Shown here: positions 22,459 through 30,558 of the stretch, piece by piece
Layout: each line of letters starts with the position of its first letter
Numbering within the stretch: position 1 is the first letter of the stretch
Assembly (NCBI GenBank): GCA_013139345.1
Contig: WTAY01000126.1
Location: forward strand, 1-33,827
Direction of reading: 5' to 3'
DNA from: Methylophaga sp.
GTDB taxonomy: Bacteria; Pseudomonadota; Gammaproteobacteria; Nitrosococcales; Methylophagaceae
DNA length: 33,827 bases
Program-made: the position numbers and the translations under genes
The notes under the pieces: model-generated
What the model was told of the DNA's origin: nothing
What the model saw: the letters and a program-made list of their open reading frames with translations, nothing else
Database searches by the model: none

Positions 22459-24164
22459 TTTTGAGCCACCAACATAGGAGACTTCAGCACATTCTTATCT
22501 GGCGCAATATTTAATAAGCGCATTGCTCCCGTCATTACTTCTGAAAAGACAGGTGCAGCAATCAAACCACCGTAGTATTTATCACCCTGCGGATCATCAA
22601 TCATGATGACCATAGCGAGTCGTGGATTATTGGCTGGAATCACGCCTGCAAATAATGATAGGTAACGGCTTTCGGTGTAGCCGCCTTTCTTAGCTTTTTT
22701 AACGGTACCTGTTTTACCTGCAACAGTGTAATTTTCAACAGCAGCAAGTCTTGCTGTACCTTCAGGACTGACAACACCTTCCATCATCGACATGACATTT
22801 TTCATTATATCTTGTGAAAAAACGCGACGACCTAAAGGGACTTCATCTAATTTTTGAAAACTGACAGGGCGTGAGACACCACCATTGGCAAGTATTGTGT
22901 AAGCACGCGCTAATTGTAGTGCTGATGTACTTAATCCATAGCCATACGCTAAGGTTGCACGATCTAATTTTCGCCATGTTCTCAAATCTGGCATATGGCC
23001 CATCACTTCCCCAGGGAAATACCCCCCAGTCGGTTCTGCCATACCAAATGCAGAGAAGTCCTGCCATAACTGTTCAGGCTTAAGTTTTAGTGCAATTTTA
23101 CTTGCACCGACATTACTTGATTTCTGAATTAATGTTGCAACATCAATAACACCGTAATTTCTATGGTCGGTGATGGTATGACCACTTACTTTGAATGTGC
23201 CCGGTCGCGTATCTATCTTTGTATTAAGCTTAAATTTACCTGACTTCAAACCACTCGCAACAGTAAAAGGTTTCACCGTTGAACCGGGTTCAAACATATC
23301 AATCACTGCACGGTTACGTAAATGGCTTAATTTCAAGTGTCGACGGTTATTAGGATTAAACGAAGGCTGGTTCACCATCGCTAATACTTCTGCTGTTTGT
23401 ACATCTAAAATTACTGCCGTACCAGAACGGGCATTGTATTTTTCTACTGTTGATTTTAGAGATTGGTGTGCTAAATATTGCAGTCTCAAATCAACACTTA
23501 AGTTTATATTTTGACCTGATTTACTCGCTTTAATTTGCTCGCCACCGCCGACATAATTGCCTCGTCTATCACGAACCATGCGTTTTAAGCCAGGAATACC
23601 TTTTAGAGCAGAGTCGTAGCTTAGCTCCAAGCCTTCCTGACCGTGATCATCCACATTATTAAAGCCCACTAAGTGGGCCGTTACTTCGCTTGCTGGGTAA
23701 TAACGTTTGTATTCTCGTTGCAGTCCAAGCCCTTCAATTTTAAGCTGCCTTATCTTATTGGCTAATTCAGGTGCTACTCGGCGTTTCAAATAAATAAAGC
23801 CACGTTTTTTATTCGCTTCAATTTTTTTACTGATTGAAGAGGCTCTAATCTTTAGTAAGGTTGCTAATTGTTGGAGTTGTGCATCATCCAGTGTATGTTT
23901 TTTAGGGTTAAACCAAACAGAATGCACGGGTGTGCTAATGGCTAACGGCTCTCCATGTCTGTCTAAGAACATGCCTCGGTGAGCAGCAATAGATACCTTT
24001 CGAATATTGCGAGCATCACCTTGATCGCGTAAGAAATCAGGGTGTACTACTTGAATATCAGCCAAACGCCAGCCCAGCCCTAACATTAAACTGACAAATA
24101 CAAACCGCACTAAGTGTAGGCGCCACACGCCCACATGAGTGACTGTTTTTAATTTACGGCTCAT
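22455..24164 (-). CDS. ftsI: Division-specific transpeptidase FtsI (PBP3)
   Basis: N-terminal TM anchor and the class B PBP motifs STVKP (SxxK), SSN and KTGT. Confidence 0.93.
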   Translation of the reverse strand: MSRKLKTVTHVGVWRLHLVRFVFVSLMLGLGWRLADIQVVHPDFLRDQGDARNIRKVSIAAHRGMFLDRHGEPLAISTPVHSVWFNPKKHTLDDAQLQQLATLLKIRASSISKKIEANKKRGFIYLKRRVAPELANKIRQLKIEGLGLQREYKRYYPASEVTAHLVGFNNVDDHGQEGLELSYDSALKGIPGLKRMVRDRRGNYVGGGEQIKASKSGQNINLSVDLRLQYLAHQSLKSTVEKYNARSGTAVILDVQTAEVLAMVNQPSFNPNNRRHLKLSHLRNRAVIDMFEPGSTVKPFTVASGLKSGKFKLNTKIDTRPGTFKVSGHTITDHRNYGVIDVATLIQKSSNVGASKIALKLKPEQLWQDFSAFGMAEPTGGYFPGEVMGHMPDLRTWRKLDRATLAYGYGLSTSALQLARAYTILANGGVSRPVSFQKLDEVPLGRRVFSQDIMKNVMSMMEGVVSPEGTARLAAVENYTVAGKTGTVKKAKKGGYTESRYLSLFAGVIPANNPRLAMVIMIDDPQGDKYYGGLIAAPVFSEVMTGAMRLLNIAPDKNVLKSPMLVAQK

Positions 24165-24454
24165 GGCTGTATCAGTACCGTTGCATCTGATGAAGGTACA
24201 GTCATTTGTAAGCGTAACCTAGCTTGCTGATCAACCCGGCCTGGGTTGGCCCAAGTGCTTTGTTCTAATAATAAACGGCCCCATTCTTCATTCATCTGGT
24301 CACGTTTATATTCTAGTTTTTGTAAGGCAACAAACTCACTACGGCCAATATGTTTGCTATAAATAACGGCCATTGATGATGCTATAACAAGCGACACTAA
24401 GAGCACGAGTGGTACGTCAATAGTGAGAGGCTCAAGTTGAGAAAGTAAACTCAC
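24161..24454 (-). CDS. ftsL: Cell division protein FtsL
   Basis: 97-aa bitopic protein with a TM segment (PLVLLVSLVIASSMAVIY) followed by a leucine-rich coiled coil. GTG start in a GTGA overlap with rsmH. Canonical position. Confidence 0.8.
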   Translation of the reverse strand: MSLLSQLEPLTIDVPLVLLVSLVIASSMAVIYSKHIGRSEFVALQKLEYKRDQMNEEWGRLLLEQSTWANPGRVDQQARLRLQMTVPSSDATVLIQP

Positions 24455-25389
24455 AATAATTTCTCAACAACACGTAAAACAGCACTTCGTGCCCGTGGAT
24501 TAACATCAAGCTCTTCATTGCCCGCTTTTATAGCTTTGCCAACTAACTTTATTCTTGGGTTTAGCTGATCCGCTGTAATTGGAAAGTTAGAAGGTAAATC
24601 ATCGCCTCTAGCTTCATCACGGAAATAACGTTTAACAATTCTATCTTCTAATGAATGAAAAGTGATGACAGCCAAACGACCACCAACGGCTAATACATCT
24701 AATGAATGTTCTAAGGCAACTTTAAGATCTTCTAATTCATTATTAATATAAATACGAATAGCTTGGAAGGTGCGTGTTGCAGGGTGTTTATTCTTTTCGC
24801 GAAATGGCATCGCTTTATCAACTAAGGCTGCCAACTGTGTTGTTGAAACAATGGGGGTGTGTTCACGTGTTTCAACAATGGCATTTGCAATTCGTTTACC
24901 AAATCGTTCTTCACCCAATGTTTTAATGACAAAAGTAATATCTTCCACTTTGGCAGTAGCTAACCACTCTGCGGCACTGATACCCGCATCAGGGTTCATT
25001 CGCATATCAAGAGGGCCATCTTTTTGAAAGCTAAAACCACGCTCGGCTTCATCAATTTGAGGTGATGACACACCAATATCTAATAAAATACCATCAACGC
25101 GACCTTGCCATAAATGATCATTTACAACGTCAGTCATATCTGCAAAAGAACATTGCTCAATAGTAAAACGAGGGTCTTCTTTTTCTAGGGCTTGTCCTGT
25201 AGCAATCGCAGCAGGATCTTTATCCAAACCAATTAAACGACCATTATCAGATAGCTGTGCTAAGACTTGGCGAGCATGGCCGCCACGACCAAATGTACCA
25301 TCGATATAAAAACCATCAGCTTTAACAGCCAAGGCAGCGATGGTCTCATTTAACAAGACTGGTAAATGTTCTGAATGGCTATCAGTCAT
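24451..25389 (-). CDS. rsmH: 16S rRNA m4C1402 methyltransferase RsmH (MraW)
   Basis: HLPVLLNE and DGTFGRGGH SAM-binding motifs in a 312-aa protein. Confidence 0.95.
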   Translation of the reverse strand: MTDSHSEHLPVLLNETIAALAVKADGFYIDGTFGRGGHARQVLAQLSDNGRLIGLDKDPAAIATGQALEKEDPRFTIEQCSFADMTDVVNDHLWQGRVDGILLDIGVSSPQIDEAERGFSFQKDGPLDMRMNPDAGISAAEWLATAKVEDITFVIKTLGEERFGKRIANAIVETREHTPIVSTTQLAALVDKAMPFREKNKHPATRTFQAIRIYINNELEDLKVALEHSLDVLAVGGRLAVITFHSLEDRIVKRYFRDEARGDDLPSNFPITADQLNPRIKLVGKAIKAGNEELDVNPRARSAVLRVVEKLL

Positions 25390-25399
25390 ACTTTAGATC

Positions 25400-25852
25400 C
25401 TAAATTGACAGGTTTTCTAATTCAGCCGGTAAAATACCGCCGAAATCTTCTTCCAAACAATCATCCATTAAGGCATTCCATGTTTGTTCATCCCACAACT
25501 CAAATTTATTTCCTTGACCAATCATCACCATACTTTTATTTAAACCAGCAAACTCACGAAGCTTAGCGGGGAGTAAAATACGGCCATTACTATCCATCTG
25601 ACATTCTGTAGCATTACCAAGTAACATTCGCTGCAATCGACGAGCTGGACCTTGCATATTAGGCAGGGCCATTAATTTCTTCTCTACTACTTCCCATTCA
25701 GCAATAGGATAAAGCTGTAAACAGTGGTCCGAATGATCAATCGTGACAATTAAATGGCCTGAACAGCAGTCGTCCAGATGCTTACGGAACTTGGCTGGAA
25801 TGGCCATCCGTCCTTTTGCATCTAAATTGAAAGTTGCTACGCCTCTAAACAC
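25400..25852 (-). CDS. mraZ: Transcriptional regulator MraZ
   Basis: (M)FRG N-terminus and two SpoVT/AbrB-type repeats (LDAKGRMAIP, MDSNGRILLP). GTG start with AAGGGA 6 nt upstream. Confidence 0.95.
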   Translation of the reverse strand: MFRGVATFNLDAKGRMAIPAKFRKHLDDCCSGHLIVTIDHSDHCLQLYPIAEWEVVEKKLMALPNMQGPARRLQRMLLGNATECQMDSNGRILLPAKLREFAGLNKSMVMIGQGNKFELWDEQTWNALMDDCLEEDFGGILPAELENLSI

Positions 25853-25873
25853 GTGTTTCCCTTAATTCGTTTG

Positions 25874-25899
25874 ATCCACTTTGATCCACAATTACCCAC
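25874..25899 (-). promoter_or_regulatory. Putative MraZ operator: three direct GTGG(G/A)T boxes at exact 10-bp phasing
   Basis: On the minus strand: GTGGGT (25899-25894), GTGGAT (25889-25884), GTGGAT (25879-25874). The boxes lie between the predicted -10 element and the mraZ ribosome-binding site. This matches the three phased TGGGN repeats described for E. coli MraZ. Confidence 0.6.
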
Positions 25900-25907
25900 T
25901 AAGGGAC

Positions 25908-25936
25908 ACTATAGGAGTGAGATCAGGGCATGTCAA
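25908..25936 (-). promoter_or_regulatory. Pmra-type sigma70 promoter for the dcw cluster
   Basis: On the minus strand: TTGACA (25936-25931), a 17-nt spacer, then TATAGT (25913-25908). The predicted transcription start is near 25900, about 48 nt upstream of the mraZ start. Confidence 0.7.
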
Positions 25937-26339
25937 GTCATGTAATGAACAAAATCCCCTTTTAGGGACAATGACTTAGCGACACTTTGTTAAAGTGGGA
26001 GATAATAAATAGGGTGCGAAAGTAAGGACTACTTTCGTATCAAAAAACTGGGGTTGGAAGTTAAAGTAGATTCTAGTTAATGCTACTAATTTTGAAGCTG
26101 GAAACCATCAAAATACATCCTGATCTCAGACAAGATCAGCTGTGTAAATGACCGCTAATTAGCGGAAAAAGACTATTTCTAAGAAAATAAGATAATTGAT
26201 TTCAATTACTTTGAAAAAACATCACCATCACAAACTGTAGGCTTATGAATTTATGTTGTTTTTTATGATTAGCGATTAAAGAGAAAAGATATGTTTTCTC
26301 ATAAGCCGAATAGTATTAAAAATTGACGCTCTTCCTTTT

Positions 26340-27569
26340 CTAGCCAAAGAACCAATAAGCAACAGCAATCGCAGCCATGATCCCAGCAATATCAGCTGCA
26401 AGTCCACAGGCTGCAGCGTGACGAATATTTTTGATACCTACAGAGCCAAAATAAACCGCAAGCACGTAAAATGTTGTTTCAGTGCTGCCTTGTACGATAG
26501 AAGACAGCCGTCCGGAAAACGAGTCTGCACCATGAGCTTGCATCGTATCCACCATCATCGCTCTAGCACCACTACCACTAAAGGGTTTCATCAAGGCGGT
26601 AGGAAGTGCATCAATAAAGCGGTCATCCATGTTCACTGCCAAAACAAGGTGACGTAACCCTGAGGCGAGCAGATCTAAGGCACCACTGGCACGAAACACG
26701 CCAATAGCAACCAACATCGCAACAAGGTAGGGAATGATGGTGATTGCGGTTTCAAAACCTTCTTTGGCACCGTCAATAAATGCCTCGTAAGCATTGACCT
26801 TTTTGATAACGGCACCCGAGATAAATAACATCACGAGAGAAAATAAAATGACATTACTAATCAAGGCTGATTGAGCAAGCATGTCAGCTTGGGGCAAATT
26901 GGCAAAGTATGATAGTAAGCCAATAATGAAGAGGGTGAAACCACCGAGATAACTGAGAATGACTTTATCAAGTAAGTTGATTTTCTGTACTGATGCAACC
27001 ACTAATAGGCCGATTACTGTAGAGGCATAAGTAGCAATTAATATAGGAATAAAGACATCAGTTGGATTCACTGCACCCATTTGAGCTCGGTAAGTAAATA
27101 TCGTAACAGGGAAGAGGGTGACGGCAGATGTATTAATGACCAAGAATAAGATTTGAGCATTGCTGGCGGTATCTTTGAATGGATTGAGCTTTTGTAGCTC
27201 CTTCATTGCTTTAATGCCTAATGGTGTTGCTGCATTATCTAGCCCCAATGCATTGGCTGAAATATTCATCACCATTGCTCCCAATGCTGGGTGGTTTTTG
27301 GGTACTTCAGGCATTAATTTAGAAAAGAGGGGAGTTAAACCACGAGTCAGTAAGTCAATAAACCCACTGCGTTCACCGATACGCATAATACCTAACCATA
27401 GGGCTAATATTCCTGTTAGCCCCAGTGATATCTCGAAAGCTGTTTTAGATAAGCTGAACATTGCCGTCATTAACTGACCAAATATTTCAGTATCGCCAAA
27501 GGCGAATAACTTAATTAAAGCAACAATAAAGGCCGTAGTGAAAAAAAAGATCCAGATAATGTTAAGCAT
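26340..27569 (-). CDS. Nucleoside-recognition (Gate) domain membrane protein, a fused SpmA/SpmB-like protein
   Basis: 409-aa polytopic membrane protein. The N-terminus MLNIIWIFFF...ALIKL and the segment GLDNAATPLGIKAMKELQ resemble SpmA-type Gate domains, and the second half is SpmB-like. AGGAG sits upstream of the ATG. Confidence 0.7.
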   Translation of the reverse strand: MLNIIWIFFFTTAFIVALIKLFAFGDTEIFGQLMTAMFSLSKTAFEISLGLTGILALWLGIMRIGERSGFIDLLTRGLTPLFSKLMPEVPKNHPALGAMVMNISANALGLDNAATPLGIKAMKELQKLNPFKDTASNAQILFLVINTSAVTLFPVTIFTYRAQMGAVNPTDVFIPILIATYASTVIGLLVVASVQKINLLDKVILSYLGGFTLFIIGLLSYFANLPQADMLAQSALISNVILFSLVMLFISGAVIKKVNAYEAFIDGAKEGFETAITIIPYLVAMLVAIGVFRASGALDLLASGLRHLVLAVNMDDRFIDALPTALMKPFSGSGARAMMVDTMQAHGADSFSGRLSSIVQGSTETTFYVLAVYFGSVGIKNIRHAAACGLAADIAGIMAAIAVAYWFFG

Positions 27570-27621
27570 CAGCTCCTATTACCTTTAATATAGTAATGCT
27601 AATTTTGAACCCTCACGTGCT

Positions 27622-28371
27622 CTATTTAGAGACATGTAACGCTCTCAAATGAATCGTGTTTTCTGTTGTTATTTCGGGGTGACGATACATACCAACTTTG
27701 AAGTAATGTTGATATGTATTCAGCATATTAGCTCCATAATAGGTGAAATGAGGAGTTTTACTATCATTTAGCCATAGTTTCATTTTTCCATTCTCAGCTT
27801 GAGACCACGTGATTTCAGCTTTTATTTTAGTCCACTTACCTAATTCAATTTCTATTAAATTATCTACTTCAGGTTGAACATCCATATAGTGGGTACTTAA
27901 ATAATAATGGCCATCAATATAGCCAAAATAGAGTGCGATAGAGGGAGGTTCGTTTGGGTAGTCATCCCATGACTCATTTTTTGTTCTGTCAGGCTGAACA
28001 TGCCACTGGCTCATTGCCCACCATCTATTTTGAGGGGCATCATGCTTAAAACCAGTAGGAAGCATCATTTCCCATTCATAGCTCACAGTATCATGTTCAA
28101 GAAAGGGGTAATCAACGGAAACTTCAGATCGTGTTCCATTATTTAATAATGGCTGGTGGCGAAGTAAAGAGAGCGAAAGGGCGCTGGACTGAATACGAAT
28201 GTTTTTCTGAGATAGGGCTTCGACACGTGCGAAGTTTCTTACACTAATATCACTAATTAAGGCCTTGATAGCATCCTGCTCTGTAATGACTGTTGTACTG
28301 TTTGCAGCAAGCAAGCTACATGATATGAAAAGAAAAAAAGTACTTAGTATTGTTAAAATTGGCTTCATCAT
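27622..28371 (-). CDS. Secreted protein with a concanavalin-like jelly-roll, polysaccharide-lyase-like (PF14099-like)
   Basis: N-terminal signal peptide (MMKPILTILSTFFLFISCSLLAANS). The pattern SQWH...PPSIALYF...GKWTKIKAEITWS..GKMKLWLND...YFKVGMYRH recalls the heparin-lyase-I / PL20-like family. The substrate is unknown and the family call is from memory. Confidence 0.45.
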   Translation of the reverse strand: MMKPILTILSTFFLFISCSLLAANSTTVITEQDAIKALISDISVRNFARVEALSQKNIRIQSSALSLSLLRHQPLLNNGTRSEVSVDYPFLEHDTVSYEWEMMLPTGFKHDAPQNRWWAMSQWHVQPDRTKNESWDDYPNEPPSIALYFGYIDGHYYLSTHYMDVQPEVDNLIEIELGKWTKIKAEITWSQAENGKMKLWLNDSKTPHFTYYGANMLNTYQHYFKVGMYRHPEITTENTIHLRALHVSK

Positions 28372-28472
28372 GAGGCTTCTTTTAGAAAATTTTATTCTAG
28401 CATGGATACCAACCCCACTTGAAGGTGGAGTTTTAAGAGCGGGGGCATTGAGGAGGATAGAAGGAATGAGGC

Positions 28473-28500
28473 AAAAAAAAGCCCCCTAATTAAGGAGGCT
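28473..28500 (-). terminator. Rho-independent terminator of deaD
   Basis: The minus-strand RNA is AGCCUCC-UUAAUUA-GGGGGCU, a 7-bp stem with one G-U pair, followed by U8. It starts 15 nt after the deaD stop. Confidence 0.7.
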
Positions 28501-28514
28501 GATTTAGTATTACT

Positions 28515-30356
28515 TTATGACTCGTTATTGCCACGTCTTTGGCTCGGACGACGTGATTTATCACGAGCACGAGCACGAGGCTTACCTGAGCGTCTTGGCT
28601 TACGTTGAGTATTCTCACCGCCACCATCACCCGCTGCTGAAGCGTCATTATCATTAACAATACTCATTTCGAGTTGTTTATTACACACCCAAACTTTGCG
28701 TAATTGTTGGAATAAGTCTTTTGGCATACCTTCTGGTAAATCGATCGTACTGTAATTATCTTGCAGGCTGATTCGACCAATATCTTTACTATCAATACCG
28801 GCTTCATTAGCAATCGCACCAACGATGTTTTTAACTTCAACACCATGTGTTCTACCTACTTCCACACGGTAAGTTTGCATACCGTCTTCACTGCGATGAG
28901 GTTTATCTTGATTACCTCGACGAGGTGAGCGTTCACGACTTGGGCGATCGCCACGATCTGACTTATCTCTACGACTACCACGTTCACGATCAGCGCCTCC
29001 TCGTTCTGCTCTAGGCGGACGCACATGAACAACAGGTTTTAGAGGACGACTCTTTTGCACTAAGTACGTTAATGCAGCTGCGACTTCTAGCGGATCAGCA
29101 TCATGTGCTTCTTGATAATGAGCAATAACTTCTTGGAAAAAGCTTAAATCTTGAGACTCAATCGTTTCGCTGAGCATTTGAGTAAACTGCATTACACGGC
29201 GATCAGCAATATCTTCTGTGCTCGGTAATTGCATTTTCTCAATCGGTTGACGTGTTGCTTTTTCGATAGCAAACAACATACGTTTTTCACGAGGAGAAAC
29301 AAATAAGATTGCAGTACCAGTACGACCAGCCCGACCTGTACGGCCAATACGGTGAACATAAGATTCAGTATCGTAAGGAATGTCATAGTTAACAACATGG
29401 CTTATGCGTTCGATATCTAAACCACGTGCGGCAACATCAGTGGCTACTAAGATATCTAGCTGACCTTTTTTCATCCGTTGAATTGCTTTTTCACGAGCGG
29501 CTTGATTCATGTCACCATTAAGTGGTGAACTAGAATAACCACGAGCTTCTAACTTTTCTGCTAATTCAGCTGTTGCATTCTTTGTACGAACAAAGATGAT
29601 CATCGCATCAAATTCTTCAACTTCAAGAATACGTGTTAATGCTTCTAATTTGTGCATGCCTGTTACTTGCCAGTAACGTTGGTTGATTGTTTCCATTGTT
29701 GATGTTTTCGACTTAATGCGAATTTCAACAGGATCTTTCAAATAACGTGTAGCAACACGGTGAATTGGTCCCGGCATAGTTGCTGAGAATAAGGCAACTT
29801 GGCGTTCGTCAGGTGTTTCTTTAAGAATAGTTTCAACATCATCAATGAAACCCATGCGTAACATTTCATCAGCTTCATCTAAAACGAGTGACTTTAGCTC
29901 ACCTAATTTTAATGTTTTACGACGAATGTGATCAAGAATACGACCTGGAGTACCAACAATAACTTGAGGGTTACGCTGCATTTGTCGCAACTGAATGCCC
30001 ATGCTTTGGCCACCGTAAACAGGTAAAACGTGAAGGCCTTTCATATGTTTAGCATAACTTTGAATCGCTTCTGCAACTTGAATTGCAAGCTCGCGAGTAG
30101 GTGCTAATACGAGCATTTGAGGCATTTTAGATTTTACATCAATACGACTCAAAAGAGGTAATGAGAATGCCGCTGTTTTACCTGTACCTGTTTGCGCTTG
30201 GCCTAAAAGGTCGCGACCCTCAAGTAATGGAGCAATACTTTGAGCTTGGATTGGTGAAGGTGTTTCGTAACCAGCTTCATTAACGGCTTTAAGAACGGCA
30301 TCTGATAAGCCTAGTTCTGAAAAGGGTAAAACTGGAGTTTGTTCTGTGTCTGACAT
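28515..30356 (-). CDS. deaD: Cold-shock DEAD-box RNA helicase DeaD/CsdA
   Basis: Q-motif PSPIQ, AQTGTGKT, DEAD, SAT, HRIGRTGRAG, a DbpA-type RNA-binding domain (YRVEVGRTHGVEVKNIVGAIANEAG) and R/K/D-rich tails. The start is set at the ATG at 30356 (MSDTEQ..FSELGL), as in orthologs. The ORF-track start at 30413 is a TTG that adds 19 residues. Confidence 0.92.
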   Translation of the reverse strand: MSDTEQTPVLPFSELGLSDAVLKAVNEAGYETPSPIQAQSIAPLLEGRDLLGQAQTGTGKTAAFSLPLLSRIDVKSKMPQMLVLAPTRELAIQVAEAIQSYAKHMKGLHVLPVYGGQSMGIQLRQMQRNPQVIVGTPGRILDHIRRKTLKLGELKSLVLDEADEMLRMGFIDDVETILKETPDERQVALFSATMPGPIHRVATRYLKDPVEIRIKSKTSTMETINQRYWQVTGMHKLEALTRILEVEEFDAMIIFVRTKNATAELAEKLEARGYSSSPLNGDMNQAAREKAIQRMKKGQLDILVATDVAARGLDIERISHVVNYDIPYDTESYVHRIGRTGRAGRTGTAILFVSPREKRMLFAIEKATRQPIEKMQLPSTEDIADRRVMQFTQMLSETIESQDLSFFQEVIAHYQEAHDADPLEVAAALTYLVQKSRPLKPVVHVRPPRAERGGADRERGSRRDKSDRGDRPSRERSPRRGNQDKPHRSEDGMQTYRVEVGRTHGVEVKNIVGAIANEAGIDSKDIGRISLQDNYSTIDLPEGMPKDLFQQLRKVWVCNKQLEMSIVNDNDASAAGDGGGENTQRKPRRSGKPRARARDKSRRPSQRRGNNES

Positions 30357-30558
30357 GAATTCGCCTGTGAAAGTCAGTTTTAAAGTAAAACTGAGAGAGG
30401 GGGGATTGATCAATCAAACAATTATACGCGAATTAAACAATAAAATACAGTTAAATCAGTCTGTTAAATGTCGAGCGAATATAATTGTCTTTGAGGCTAT
30501 GAGCGGGAATGAAAATAAGGCAAAATTACATAAATAGATATAACGAAAGGAATGCTAC

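Noticed and set aside
26080-26151. A 23-codon plus-strand mini-ORF (MLLILKLETIKIHPDLRQDQLCK) in the spacer upstream of Pmra.
   Set aside because: It has no ribosome-binding site, and an ORF of this length is expected by chance in 400 bp. I cannot assess conservation, so I do not report it as a gene.
25937-26339. RNase P RNA (rnpB), or divergent rsmI, upstream of mraZ as in Pseudomonas or E. coli.
   Set aside because: The conserved P4 and core motifs (GGAAAGTCCGG, ACAGAACCCGGCTTA-like) are absent from both strands. The region is too AT-rich and, after subtracting the promoter, too short. No rsmI-like ORF is present.
27541-27548. Homopolymer tracts: A8/T8 at 27541-27548 inside the Gate-domain gene, A7 at about 28334-28340 in the jelly-roll gene, and A8 at 28473-28480. 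I considered them as possible slipped-strand phase-variation switches.
   Set aside because: Tracts of 7-8 nt are common in AT-rich genomes. One encodes an ordinary FFF membrane segment and another is the terminator U-tract. No frameshifted variant is visible.
30346-30537. A 63-aa plus-strand ORF that fills the deaD/FNT intergenic region.
   Set aside because: Its start is antisense to the deaD initiation codon, it has no Shine-Dalgarno sequence, and its composition is K/N/I-rich as expected from AT-rich non-coding DNA. The region is better explained as two divergent promoters and leaders.
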